A DNA stretch of 63,135 nt, the filler included, from Basidioascus undulatus (Eukaryota): assembly GCA_000826855.1 (NCBI GenBank). It is 4 parts of 4 records of this genome, joined end to end, with 100 filler letters (N's around TTAATTAATTAA, not from the genome) between each part and the next. Parts side by side here need not be neighbours in the genome. Positions count along the whole stretch, not along the records: positions 1 to 30,576 come from JTLS01000109.1; 3 more parts are not named here. One strand, 5' to 3'. The position numbers were made by a program, and so were the translations under genes. Position 1 is the stretch's first letter, and every line of letters begins with the position of its first letter. The notes beneath the pieces are model-generated. The model had not been told where the DNA came from and made no database searches. It saw only the letters and a program-made list of their open reading frames with translations. Below are positions 1-12,652 of the stretch, piece after piece.

Positions 1-130
1 TGACGCTGCGCGAAGTCAAGGTTGGCTGTGCCTGAAGGCAATAGTTGAGCTCAGAGAGCGGCGGAGGCTTTTCATTCTGATCACCAGTCTACTGGGATAA
101 TTGGTGGTTGGTACCAGGCTGGGGTGAGGG

Positions 131-1021
131 TTGGGGTGGGGGGCGACATCTGCAGTAGTGCCGATGCAATGGGAATTCAGCACACTCGTCCAGTGCATTG
201 TCGACGCTGTCGACGCTTTCACCGGCGCCGTGCTACGTCCTGCCATTGAGGACGCGCTCCCCGATTCGCTTCCTGCCCTCGGCGACACTTCCACTCCACA
301 GCCGGCCAGCTCGCCAGCATCGACCGTTATGGCGCAGCCCGCCTGGTCGTCGCGTCTCGTTGGACCGCCGCTGCCGAAGCGCCCGGCGCAAATGACCTCA
401 CTGTGCTTCCCGCGACCGACCGTTCAGCAGCAGAGGGTGACTTCGAAGGCACACGGCGTTTCACTGCACACCCTCCTCCACACTGCTGTCGGCGTCGCCC
501 TGCATACGCTCGACCTTCCGAGCTGCACTGTCCTCGACGTTATGACGCCCGTCGCCTTGCGTCCGCTCCTTCCTCCTGCTCTCGTCCGTCCTGGCAATAG
601 CGTTGGACGCTTGTCCACCAGCTAGTTCATCGACCGCGATCAGCTTTTCTGGGACGCCGCACGTCGCTACAACGCCGCTGTCGGCGCTCCCAGACTTCGT
701 CTCGCGTCGGCGAGGACCTGTCCTCCATCGCTGCCGTTCCGGTCGACCAGTGGGAGTCGATCCTCACCGCCGGTTTCGAGTCGGGCGCGAACCGGTGCGC
801 CTTCGGAGAGACCAACCTCGGTGTCCTCGACCAACCCTCGCGGGGCGATAGTGGCATCGCTCGACATGCTGCGGTTCTGGCATTGCCCCGCGTTCGGTGG
901 GCAGCTCTGGACGGTCGTCACGTTGAAGGGCGGGTGCCTTGAACTGGTGCATGAATGGTCCGATGGGGCGTTGTGGGAAGGGAAAGGGGAACAGAGACCA
1001 GGCTCTCAAGAGGGTGATTGA
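131..1021 (+). pseudogene. Alcohol acetyltransferase/condensation-domain family, C-terminal part, disrupted
   Basis: Protein-like segments TLLHTAVGVAL...TPVALRPLLP...GNSVG, then an in-frame TAG at 623-625 followed by FIDRDQLFWDAARRY. A shifted frame carries FGETNLGVLD (SNLG-like motif), and a further shift gives WTVVTLKGGCLELVHEWSDG. The 5' part is probably upstream of the window. Confidence 0.5.
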
Positions 1022-1507
1022 GCGGCTGGCTCTGGACGGGATTGGGGAGAAGGCGAGCGTCCGAGACTTGCTGTGATGGCTACTTTCTTTGTGTTTCGTT
1101 TGTTGACGAAGAGGACGGATGTATGCGCTCCTTTCTTTTCCCGAGCATATGCTTGTGTGATTTCCTATCATTAATTCGCATTGGCAATGTGCTGCTTCGT
1201 TTGGCCGATGAAGATCCAGCAGTGGCGACGACGGTAGCATCGGGAGAGCCATAAACTCGGTTTTAACATGTCTTGTCCAGATGTCTACGACATCGCAAGA
1301 CCATTTAAAAAGTCGACTGGACCTGACCACTGTAATTTCCAGATTAGTATACACGGTAAGCGACCAGAGTGTGCTGCAGGTTGCAGTAGCCACTGCATTT
1401 TTCGTTCTAGTGTTGCCTACTTTCACAACCAGTAAACGACGACCTGGACCTCTTTGCGGCCAGAAATGCTTCGAAATTATAGATTCTTTTGGAACAAGAA
1501 CTGGACA

Positions 1508-3480
1508 TCACAGTGACACCCGCTCGAGCCCGGCCGGATACTTGTACCGTCCCTTCGCACGCAGCTCATCAAAGATCTCTAAGCGCGGTTGTTTCAGGCG
1601 CGATCGACCCCACAGTGGATGGAAAGAAGGTCGAACTCACTCCCATAGTAAGTAGCGTCTCAGAGAGCGGCATGCGGGCGTTCTCAGTCTCGCCATCTGT
1701 ACAATAGGTCAGACCAGGAAAAACTGACACGCCTTGCTGGTGCTTCTCACCTCGCAAAGAACGCTCGACCGCATCCGCCTCCCAGTGCAACCTCATACCT
1801 GCTCCCTCACTGTGCATTAGAGCTCGCATGAGGAAGCAAGGAGGTAAAACAGAGCACACCTTGGATAGGGAAGTTCCTCACTTCCTCCTCGTACTCATTC
1901 TCGGAGAAGCTGTCGGTTGAGGTGTACCGCCGAATGACAAGCTTCTGCGGCCGAGACGGACCGCCCGGGATGATGATCTCGCTGTGCAGCGGTGAAGGTA
2001 CGGGGGATAAGTCGCGCATGCGAACAGCTCAAACAGTCTTACCCGTTGGTGCCCTGCACGCGTACACATACATCCTTCGGGCTGGCGATGGAGATGTTGC
2101 AGGAGACTGCAACGGGCGCGCAAGCAGCTTTCAACATACTTCGTGCGCCTCAGATTGGCTTAGAACTGACACTCACGATTTGCGCGGGCCCCCAGCTTAG
2201 GGAAATCAAGGGTAAACGTCGAGAACATGTCTACCCCGGTGGTCGGTGTCTTCAACATCGAGATCGGGGCGTTCTCGGGGGGAGAAAGCTCGTTCTTCGG
2301 GTGATGGTAGAGGGAGAGGAGGGCCTGGAGACAGCAAATTTCCACGGTGTGCATACCCAAGAATATCGGTAGGAAGAGAGCCCTAACGGGGGTGCGACTT
2401 ACCCACATGAGCGGGTAGGGACCCAAGCTGCACGATGCGTCCCCGCCATTATCAGCAAATTGGCCAGCAGGAGCCGAAGGTAGAGCAGTACGTACTCCAG
2501 CAGCGCACCTCCGGCGAGGTCAGGGTTGAGCAGGCGATGGGTTTCGGGGATTTCTGTGTGGCGATTCAGCATTTATTTCAAGACTCAGCTGATCCACCGA
2601 GGTTACACGCACTACAAAGGAAGTTCAGACCGAAGTCCGCGAAGACCTGCTTGACATCCCCAACAACCTGCCCCTTGAAGAGAAGATCCTGAAAGGTGAG
2701 CGTCAAAGGGAAAAAGCGGGTCCAGACGCCTGCAAAAGAGATAGTAAACTGCCCTGCGGAGGAGTTTTGATAGCCAGTTCGCGGGTACCTTACCCTCAAG
2801 GAAGAAACGCTGCTTGCTCTTGGCCAAGTCGACCAGGACCTGCGCTTCAGCAAGATTCAGCGTGGCCGGCTGAATGGTCTCATGTCAGTAGATGAGTGAG
2901 TGATGCAAAGAACTTGGATTACCTTCTCGACGAGAACATGCTTGCCCGCTTCCAGTGCGGCTTTGGCCTCCTCGAAGTGCAAAGTATGCGGTGTGCCGAT
3001 GTAGACGATATCAACGTCCTTCATCGAAAAGTTCAGCTTAGCCACAGCGCCAGAGACCACTACCTCTCATAGGCTCACCGGGTGCGAACGGACTGCCTCA
3101 TACGAACCGCTGGCGACTGGCGCGGTATTGTACAGTCCGGCTTGCTGGGCGTGGCCTCCGTGCGGAGTGAACTTTCCAATGAATTCGCTTGCCTTTGCCT
3201 CTGAGCGAGAACCAACCGCCACGATGGCGTGGCTGACGTCGGACACCCCGCGACCAGCCGGGTCGAGCGAGAGGTCCTCCATTGCGAAGGGCGGGTTGAG
3301 CGCACTATGCTCATCAATGATTCAAGCGTTACCCTCCTCACCTTGGCGAATTCTGAAGATATCCCTGTAATAAATGACGGAGAACATGAATAAAGCGCTT
3401 TCATCTGCTTGCCGGGACGTGGACTCACAGCCGGTTCCGAGAATGCCCCAGCGAACAACGTAAGGTGCGGAAGAGGACAT
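1508..3480 (-). CDS. GFO/IDH/MocA family oxidoreductase (dihydrodiol/D-xylose dehydrogenase-like), multi-exon
   Basis: ATG at 3480 gives [17 protein letters not shown]. Further motifs are [64 protein letters not shown] and C-terminal [14 protein letters not shown], with TGA at 1508-1510. Introns are GT-AG. Confidence 0.93.
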
Positions 3481-3994
3481 TGCAAGCTGGCTTAGATTCA
3501 AAGCGTTGGCTTAGCAATGATCAAGTGCGATCAGAGACTTGGGAAGGTGAGGAGAAAACGCCAACAATGCATGTGGCGCTGCAATTGTATGGGAGAAATA
3601 GCCGAGCTCGGGAAATGGCCGACTTTTCAGAAATGACCGGGCCGGAGCGCAGCATTGCCAATGCACGGGTCAAATTAACTTAAGTTGTCAGCTTGTCGTG
3701 AGCCAAGCCCAGACCATGATGTTCACAAGTCCTGCGATAGCAGATGCTCTCCTTGAAATGACCGGTCGTGTCGAACCCGGCTGAAGATTGACATGTGTCT
3801 TCCAATGTCTTCCTGCCGCGCGTTGGATCATGGACGCTTCCATCTCTGGGAATTGTTGTCGGGCAGCGTCAGGTTCCATTCTTAAAGCAAACACTCTCCG
3901 CAAGTGAACAAAGTAGGGAATACGGTAATAGCCAGCCAAAGCGTACTCCATCCATCCTCATGCAGCACAGCCGATTCCGATCCCCCGCCGACTC

Positions 3995-5812
3995 CTAATA
4001 GCGTCCCCTATACCCTTCCTTACTCAAACAGATCCTTGCATGCCGTTCCTCCGGCCTTCCCATGGACCAACGATCAGGCGTTCATATCAATCTCTCGTCG
4101 CTTGGCAGCAAAAGAGAAACCACCGACTCACTCCAACCAGGGCAGGCCCAGAATCTCGAAAATCTCCTTCTCATCCTTCACGACCTTCTGCGAGCCTTCC
4201 TTCCACTCCATCGTGACCACCGAGCGACCGGACTTCTTCTCGCCCATCCCGAACTCGTTAAGCGCAAGGCCGAGGGACAGCGCGCGCGCGCGCAGGATCT
4301 TCTGGAGCTTGTTGTCGCCTGTCCCGCCGAAAAGCATGTCTGCGATAGGAGCAAGGGGAAATAAGGAGGAGGCAAGGACGGGGGTGAGAGAGAAAGGGAC
4401 ACGGACAGGGGACGGATTGCGCGGGACAGATCCGGATGTCGATGCGGCGGTGGCGGTTCGGGTTGGGGGCTTTCTTTGCTTTCTTATCCGTGTACGGGAG
4501 GCGCGCGAAGCCCTGTACAATTTGAATTAAGCGTAAGTCGACGACCAAGTGAATACAAAGGAGGGGCGGAAGGCTGAAGCGCACAATATACTTCTTCTTC
4601 CCCTCCGCAAGCGGCTCAGTCGAGAGTATGCCTCGCTCCCTCAGACCCTTCACAACGTCTGTAAGGACGCGCGAGGCAGCCTCATGTTCCTCCTTCCCCG
4701 CTGCACGAGACTGGTAGGACGGGTGCCAGATTGCGAGGTCGAGGTCCGAGGACCAGGGCGAGTCGCGGCGGCTGGGGAGGAGTCAGTGAGAGAAGCTGCG
4801 GGGTTGGGAGAGGGAATTGAGAAGGGACGGACAAGGATCCGAGGAGGGAGGACGAGAGTGAAGAGTCAAGAGCTTGAAGCGTGGTCGAGATGAGGTTGGA
4901 GAAGACGGTGCTTTCGGAGCGCGGGATGAAGCGCTCGACATCCTGCCGCTGGAAAGTCACTCCATCTACTGTCTGCATTCCAGTTTACAGACCTAAAACG
5001 CACCTCAAAGTGATCGACCCCCAACTTGATCGCTCTGCAGCGCAGCACTCAACGCTGCATTAGCTCGACCACTCAACGTAAGAGCAAAGCGCAGTAAACT
5101 CGTACTTGTACGTCGTGGCTTCACGCAACTCGTTCAGAGTTCTCGCCCCGTCCTCGACATACTTCCTAGCCTTGATAGGCCCGACGCTGTACACTCGGTG
5201 GAAAAGTGCAGCAGCGCGCTGCTCAGACGTCAGGGCCCGCAGCACGTTGGGCTCGTCGCCGGCGAGGCGGGAGTCGATGGCGCGCCAGGCTATGGACTAC
5301 AAGTAGGCGGGCAGAAATTTGTGAGAGATGGTCGAAGTGAAATACCAGGTTAGGTCTTGGCGAGGAAGGGCGCACTTCGGGCGAGAGCGCGGAGAAGACC
5401 TCTGCGAGCGTTGCGGGCTGGGGGGAGTACAGGAGTGGGTAGAGCGTGCGAATGATCGAGCTGTAGGTTTCTGCATTGCCTGATTGTTGCACCAAAATGA
5501 AGAGATAAGAGATCAGCATGACGTAAACTAGTTTGCAGCGGGATGAAAACGGCGCACGGAGTCCGTTTAGGCTCGCGTGGGACCCGATCATGCGCAGGTC
5601 TTCGAGTATGGATGGGAGGTCGACGACGACCTTGGAAGGATCCGAACTTCTGAGTTAGCGATCCCGCATGTGAAGAAAAGCGGACACGATCGTAGACGCG
5701 CCTGCATGAGCGTCGAGGAGCTCGAAACATGACCTCGAAGCAAAAGTGCGTCTGCGACGGTCGGATAGGGGTATAGGCTCCCAAGCAGGTGCGGAAGACA
5801 AGTGTTCTTCAT
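3995..5812 (-). CDS. Family X DNA polymerase (pol beta-like, no BRCT domain seen), multi-exon
   Basis: HhH motif LFHRVYSVGPIKARKYVEDGARTLNELR, then KLGVDHFEDVERFIPRSE. Catalytic motifs are LGS.RRDSPWSSDLDLAIWHP and RRIDIRI. The C-terminal region reads GTGDNKLQKILRARALSLGLALNEFG and EKEIFEILGLPWLEPEER. The start codon is uncertain (5812 or ~5707). Confidence 0.9.
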
Positions 5813-6241
5813 TTCTCAGCGCGTGAAAACGAGTGAACGAGCGCAAAAGTGACCATGCGGAAGGGGCTGATCGAGGACAGCGGAGCAGCATCATCGAGCA
5901 GAGTGCGGATGAGTGAATTCCGAGAGACGAAGAACAGAGGAGGTACGATTGAGGTTTCTGTGAGAGAGCATGTCGAAGGAAAGAAAGGAAGGGAAATTGG
6001 AGTGGCTGGGGAGCGATCCCGAGAAGGGTGAGCGAGCGGGTCAAAGGGAAGGCGGAGGCCAGAGGCGGGCCACGTCCCAAGTCCCATGCCTTTCGGTTTT
6101 TGGCCATTTCATTAAAAATAGGGTTTCCACGACCTCGGCACGATGGAGGCACTGGCAGTGTGCTGGCCCGCTGGCCGCAGCCGTGTTTCTCCTCACAGCG
6201 TCCGTTTCCTTTCGCCATCATCGCCCTCAGGGCACCCACAC

Positions 6242-8093
6242 ATGCTCCGCACCATGCTCCCGCACCTACTTATCCCCCTAGCAGCTGCGCTCCTTCCCAG
6301 CAGCGCGCTCGCGCAGTTCCAAAATACTGCGCTGACGCGGACGGTCGAGCTCGGGAGCGCGACCGTGCATGCTACGACGGCGTACCAGTTCACGGCTACC
6401 GAGGACGGCGTGCGGGAGTATGTGGTGGACTTCACGCCGGAGGAGCGCAGGGCGCTGAGCTGGTTTGAGGTCCGCGAGAAGGGCGCGAAGGAGGAGCTTG
6501 GGTGGAGATGGCTTGAGAAGGGCAGCGAGAGGTGAGTCTGCTTCCAGGAGGGACCATATTGTGCGCCATGCTCCAGAAGAGGAGAGGATCTGGCAAGTTC
6601 TGGTAGGACAACTTGGGGATTCCCCGTGGGAGGGCCTCCGAGCTGTTGCTGTTAGGAGCGGAGCAGGTCGAGCCCGAGCTACGCAGCCTCGATTGCTGAC
6701 CTCCTTCCCCCCTCCATTCCCAGCGAACCCCTCTCCCTATCAGTCCAACTCCCCTCCGCACTGTCCCCCTCCTCCCCTCTCACCACCCTCATCTTCACCG
6801 CCCTCCAAACCAACACAACCACCCCCCTCCCCTCGCACGCCGCGCAAGACGACCCGCTCCACCTCCTCTACACCACCTCCTCACACATCCCCTCGCGCTA
6901 CCCAACCGCCGCGCAGCGCACCAAGATCCGCGCGCCGACGCCCAAGCTCCTCAGCTTTTCGACCACCGCCGACGCGGAGAAGACGACCAAGTCGGGCGCC
7001 GTCGTCACGTACGGCCCGTGGAAGGACGTGCCTGCGGGCTTTGGGAGCGGCGAGGAAGTGCGGGTGCACTTTGAGGGTGACCGCGCAGTCGCAGTTGTCA
7101 AGAAGGCGGAGCGCCTCGCGGAGGTCAGCCATTGGGGCGCGGCGCTGAGTGTTGAGGACTGGATCGCGCTGCACAATGAAGGGCCTGCGTGCGTCTTCTT
7201 CATCCTCAACTTCCCTCATCGCCTTCCTCCTGATCCTTCCCGATCCCACCACAGTCTCAAGGGCCACTTCAACCGCCTCCAGCACCAGCAGTCGTCCTTC
7301 TTGCGCAAGACCTCCGCGTCGATCCTCTCGGGCCTCACGCTCCGCCTGCCCGGGACAGTCCGCAATCCGTACTACGCTGACGCGATCGGGAATGTTTCGA
7401 CGTCGCACTTCCGCCCCGAGGGCGTTCTCGAGCTTAAGCCGCGCTTCCCCATCCTCGGCGGGTGGAAGTACGAGTTCGTCGTCGGCTGGGACGCGGACCT
7501 CGGCCGGTTCGGGAGCGATCTGGGCAACGGCGAGTTTGTCGTCGGCGTACCGTTCTTAAACCCCCTTCCCGACGTCGCGGTGGATGAGGCGGTTCTGAAG
7601 GTCGTGCTGCCCGAGGGAGCGCAGTGCGTGCTTTTATCCTTTCCCTCTCTTCCGTTGTGAAAGGCAGACGCGCTTACCTTACGCTGGGTGCGCTACTCGG
7701 ACACACAGCAACATCGAGGTCCACCCGCCCTTCCCCGTCGACTCCATCACGCACGAAACAACCTACACCTTCCTCGACACGACCGGCCGTCCGACCGTAG
7801 TCCTGACCAAGCGGCGCGCATCCGAGAAGCACGGCGGGACCGTTTACGTGCGTCTTCTTCCCTTTTCCCCGCACTTTCGCCCCATCACCCCCGACTTCTT
7901 CCTTTTCTGACTCATTGCTTACCCCTGGCAACAACCACAGATCAAGTATGCCCTCCCCTGGTACCACCTCCTCCAGAAGCCGGCGGCTGTCGCGGGCGCG
8001 GCCCTCGCGTTCCTACTGCTCGCTGCGGCGCTAAAGCGCGTGCGGTGGACGACCGAGGGTGAGAGTGGGGTTGGGAAAAAGAAGGCGGAGTGA
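6242..8093 (+). CDS. OST1: Oligosaccharyltransferase subunit ribophorin I, multi-exon
   Basis: Signal peptide followed by FQNTALTRTVELG, VTYGPW, ERLAEVSHWG, LKGHFNRLQHQ, PYYADAIGNVSTSHFR, LELKPRFPILGGWKYEFVVGW, KVVLPEGA and TYTFLDTTGRP. It ends in a TM segment and a KKxx-type tail GKKKAE*. Confidence 0.95.
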
Positions 8094-8541
8094 TTTGGTA
8101 GAGATGGATAGGATCTGTGGGAGAGAGAGAGGCGCGCGCATGCATGAAGCAAGTACGGGAACGCGTGAATGAAGTTGCCTCGCACAAAGCGATACCAAAA
8201 CGAGATGTTTAAACGAGATGTTTTGTGGCGTATTCACGTCTTCAAGTGGACGCTTCTAAGTTAAAATATGGAAGGAAGGCTCTGTCAAAAGACGCTTTGT
8301 CGAAATTGACGGTGGTCTATTTGTGAGTCATGGGACAGTATCTGTTTCAACACTGAATGCCGTGGTACCGTACTGGAGTCTGGTAGATGAATATTGGCGT
8401 CCCGCTGGTGATTTCAACTACTTCCGCAGAATGATTGGCCACGAACAACCACCACCCGCCTTGCCCATCCCCACCAGCGCCGCCTCTCGGCAGCCAGTTC
8501 GCCCTCTTCGACCATAATTGAACATTTTTTGTCCTACTATC

Positions 8542-8680
8542 ATGATCGATCGTACTCCGAACGAGATCTTGTGCCGCATCTTCCGCCTTGTGATACTCGA
8601 CGCCCACTGGACCTACGGCTCGGGCGACAACCCGGCACTGTCCATCTCACCTTGAAAGCTACTTGGCGGCACGGGCGACA
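8542..8680 (+). pseudogene. F-box protein N-terminal fragment (paralog of the 19835-21030 pseudogene)
   Basis: Reads MIDRTPNEILCRIFRLVILDAHWTYGSGDNPAL then stops. It matches DLPNEFVSRILRFAIVDTEWTYGSGDHDAHPAL at ~21015-20915 (-). Confidence 0.6.
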
Positions 8681-10069
8681 AACTCCCGCCTTCATGAACC
8701 GTGCACCTCCACCGGCCCCGGCTGACGCTCCGAGTGCACTGCTCATCCGCAGCTGATACAATTGGAAGATTAATGTACCCTAGAGTAGGCCCTGGCTTCA
8801 ACTACGGCGCTTGACGCCTTGCTTGGTCCGCCGAGGAGAGCTGCTCAATGGGCGCCTCTGGAACGTGCGTATTCTTCCACATGTAAAGTCAATTAAGTGT
8901 CATTCTGATCATTTGCTAGTAGGACGGGTAACTCCAGGGCTTGATACGAATAGGTCCTTCTTTGCACACTCTGCGCTGTATACTGCAGAATCTAGCTAGC
9001 TCAGAAAGAGAAGTTCAGCTCGAGCTTCAGTCAGAGAACTTCCGTGTCAGTTATAGGACCTGTGTACATGTACATAGCGTGCTCGTCAACATAATATGCG
9101 TAGCGAATTGGTCTGTCTTATGTCCCTGCAGTGGTTCGCTTGGTACGACAGGCTGGATGACGTCCCCGGTTTAGCTACGCCCTCAGGGAATCATAAACTG
9201 CTGAAATGGGTCTTGCTCTTCTGAACTTGGGGACCATTCAGCCCTCAACGCTTCATCTGTCGAGGCGGTTTTCGTCCGGCGCTCACACGCCGCACACTGG
9301 TACCACGACGTGTCGACGGCCTCCGTCCGACGCACTCTCGCTGTGTACTTGCCGCATTTAGGGAATAAATTTCGTACCGCGCTATCTGCTGTAATAAGGG
9401 CCGAGGAATCTACAAGTGACTGTCTGAATAACTTTGTTGAACATGAGCAGGCACGACAGATTCAGAACTGCTCGTCTGCGAACAGCCTGCGTGAGACTCT
9501 GATTATCGCGACGGGTGACTCTCGGTGCGCATTTCCTTCACTTTCTCCGAGAGTTTTTTACTACTCTGGAACATGCATGGCTTGGCAAACTCGCCCATGA
9601 TCAGCAAGTACGTACCTGACGTTCTCGAGACTCATCCTGCCAGACATCTTAAAGCAGGCTGCGAGGACTGAGACCATTCCATCCCCTCAGTCGGACGCTC
9701 AACCAAGAGCTGGTTCATATCTGACGCTGGCGCCCAGGCTCTTGGTATACGGGAAAACGCAATATACGTTTCACGCTGAGGTCGAGAAGGATTAGGCATT
9801 CGGCGGATCTTCCCGGATAGGTGCACGAGGACAGGGAGAGAGGAATGCGAGGACCTAAAATGGAGTCCGTTGAATGTTAATATGATAATATTTCATAATT
9901 CAAGGGCAATAAACCCGAAGAAGGCTTCAAGAAGCAGTCATGCCGCATACCAAAGGTTGATGGGGCACTCCGATGGATAGTTCTTCCTGCAGCTGGCTGA
10001 AACTCTACCAAAAGGAGCGCATGAACTAATAACAAATCAGGTAGAGGATGTTCTATGACAACTTCCTTT

Positions 10070-10558
10070 TCATCCTCGTTTAGAGTCGCAGCATCGTCTG
10101 CAAAATGCCTTGTCTGTCTGTCGGCAGTTGGACTGCGGACCATACACCTTGAGTAATGGCGGTCCACTGGCAGCAATATCCACCTTACAACAGCGGATCT
10201 GGACGGGATCGCACGATTGCACCTCTTTTAATGCCAAACGCAGATGCATGCGAGCCAGGTAAACATTATCTAAGCGGTTGATGCGAAACTCCACTTCGTC
10301 ACGGTCAAGGAACGCAAGACACATCTTCTCCGCCGCCATCGCAAGCTGTATTGCTGTAAAAAGAAGACTTTTATAGACAACTCCATCACAAGTCGACAAG
10401 CGTTTGTGGCCCAAACTAACAAGCTCGAATGTGGTGGACCTGACCCTCTGCAACCGCGGTAGGTTACGCCTTGATAGTACCTTCAGAAAATCGATGTATA
10501 CGCAGAGGACATCATCATAGAGGTCCTGGAGTTCGATAGAAGTCTCTCGAATCTCCAA
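10070..10558 (-). pseudogene. C-terminal fragment of the same F-box/LRR-like family
   Basis: YIDFLKVLSRRNLPRLQRVRSTTFELVSLGHKRLS matches YIAFFKALSRNELPRLKIVRFVTFELLAVSHEKLS at ~20000-19900. No N-terminal part lies upstream on this strand. Confidence 0.55.
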
Positions 10559-11232
10559 GACGGGCGAGTCGGATGATGGTGGTTGGTGGTCAAGGGCAGA
10601 GCCGCAAGACTTCAGCCGTGAACCCGTGCGCCGTTCACATGAAACTTTGGCCCGAGCGCATGTGAGTAGACAAGCCAGTGGACCGCCTGAAGCGAAGCTC
10701 TGTCGGAGGTCGCGCTGGGGGTGGCGTACTTGTCTACTGATGTAAATTACACTGTCTCCAAATGGTTCGACCTTGGAGAACTATATGACAATGCTGCGTC
10801 GCAGAGTTGTCCAGCGACACAACATAATGTATTCTGAGATGCGTGGACACTTTATCCCTCCATCCTTCGCTGTTTTCCTCCTCGATCCTCGATGCTCGCC
10901 CGCTGTCTGATGACTCGGCCTCTGCCTCTCAATCCAGGGCGCGAGGCTCATTGGCTTTCACCCCAAATAATTATATCAGCCTCTGCTTTACGTTTCCAGA
11001 CAGGTCTCAGGCATCCCGAGACTCTCTTCATTCCAACGTGCTACGCGAGAGCATGAGCGCGGGTATCTTGTAGATTCGGCCATGTGGCAGCTCGTCAAGA
11101 AACAATACAATGCCATTCCTTCTACAACGGGTGAATTGGTCGGTACAAAGTATAAAGCAAACAACAACGTTCCAACAATCGTTCTCCGACACCGAAAAAG
11201 GCTATGTGCTCCACGTCAGTATCAAGCCCATC

Positions 11233-12016
11233 CTAAAAGTCCGGTGCCTTGTTCGCCCAAGACGAATAGTCCATGATCTCGAACGGCTCCTGCCGGCGCG
11301 CTTTCGTCGGACTTGAACGCAGCGGGCGGATGGGCCGTTCGGGGGTGCAGGGAAGGAAGCTGGTGGGACGGACAGTCTCTTGCGAGTCCATCTGTGGGAA
11401 CCCCATCCACGTCAGAATTGCTTGCCCACGACAGTGCACCTCAGAAGGAGAAACTACTCACGTCCATGCCCTCATCCTCAATTTCAGTATCGACCATCTC
11501 CTGCTCTTCTTCCTCTTCCTCCTGGCGGGCCAGCCGCTTCTTCCCTGGGCTCAGGCTCAGCCCCGGCCCCATGCTCGCGCTCGAGCGCGCGGCGCGACTC
11601 GACGGCGAGCCGAACAAATCCTCGTTCGCGTCGCACAGCCGGCCCACTTCGCGCCGAGCGGTGTGCAGCGCCTCGGAAGCGGAGCGGAATAGCGGTGGGG
11701 TGGAAGGTGGCGGGGGGAGCGAAGAGGACGCGGTGGAGACCGATGTGCTGCTCGCGGTGCTAGCGAAGGAGGAGGAGGGGGAGGAGAGGAAGGAGTGGGT
11801 GCGGTGGCCAATGGAGACGTCTGCGTAGCCAGTTTCCGTTACCCGTCAGCGTCAGGAGAAAAAGGTAGAACCCAGAGCAAACGCACTCTGTCGGACCCGC
11901 ATTCCAACGTTCGCCAGCGCCAAGTTTGTCTCATCATCCACCAGCCCCGCCGAACGAGGGGACGGGGAGGGGACGCAGGGCGCATACTGGCGCTTGGTAG
12001 GTGTGGTCGGCAGCAT
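11233..12016 (-). CDS. Spd1/Dif1/Hug1-like ribonucleotide reductase regulator (RNR_inhib family), 3 exons
   Basis: The spliced product is small and disordered. It contains LALANVGMRVRQNVSIGHR (compare S. pombe Spd1 LMDVGMRVRKSISTGYK, from memory) and ends IMDYSSWANKAPDF* (compare Spd1 NYNWANPPQDF). Confidence 0.75.
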
Positions 12017-12652
12017 GGTATCGGAGCAGTATAGAGGAGGCGCGATGGGTATATGGCTGCTGGAGGATATGAGGACGGGAAGGCAAGAAAGTGGAAACGA
12101 GAGAAGCGAAGAAGAGTAGGCGCTCCAGCCTGTCAGGATAATGAGGGGCGCGCATAGACGCATCGACCAACATTGAGGACGCTTCAAGCCATCCGGGATA
12201 CCTTGGTCCTTCCGCGGTCATCCCTGCAAACCAAATCCAGCGTTGTATATTGTGTGGATCTCATCAGGGCCGTTGACCGAATAATTTATGCCAATTGTAT
12301 CTCAAGCAACACATAGAGCTCATATCAGCGATGAGCGAAGTGAGCCTCCATATGCGCCAGTTGCGAACCGCGGCAGGGATGCATTGCACCAGCGCCAGTA
12401 AGCGCCGGTAGAGGCACTTTCTCTCTGATTCTGTTGAGATTGTAGATCGAAGGGTAAAGTCTAGGCGGTAAGATAGATGCCGTTGGCAGGTGAAGAGATA
12501 GTAGCCCGTGGAGGGAGCGAGTCGGTGTTGCTGTCCACACCAGGGGCGCACTCGCCAGACGATTTAGAAGTCGGCAAAATGCAGATGAGAAGTGAATGCA
12601 ATGCTAAAAAATGCTTGAACGTCAATCCACCAGCGCTCCTGACCCCCAGCAC

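Noticed and set aside
5655..5894. Apparent mitochondrial presequence (MMLLRCPRSAPSAWSLLRSF) for the PolX
   Set aside because: The splice phase at the first intron joins the polymerase frame to the 5588-5812 frame, not this one.
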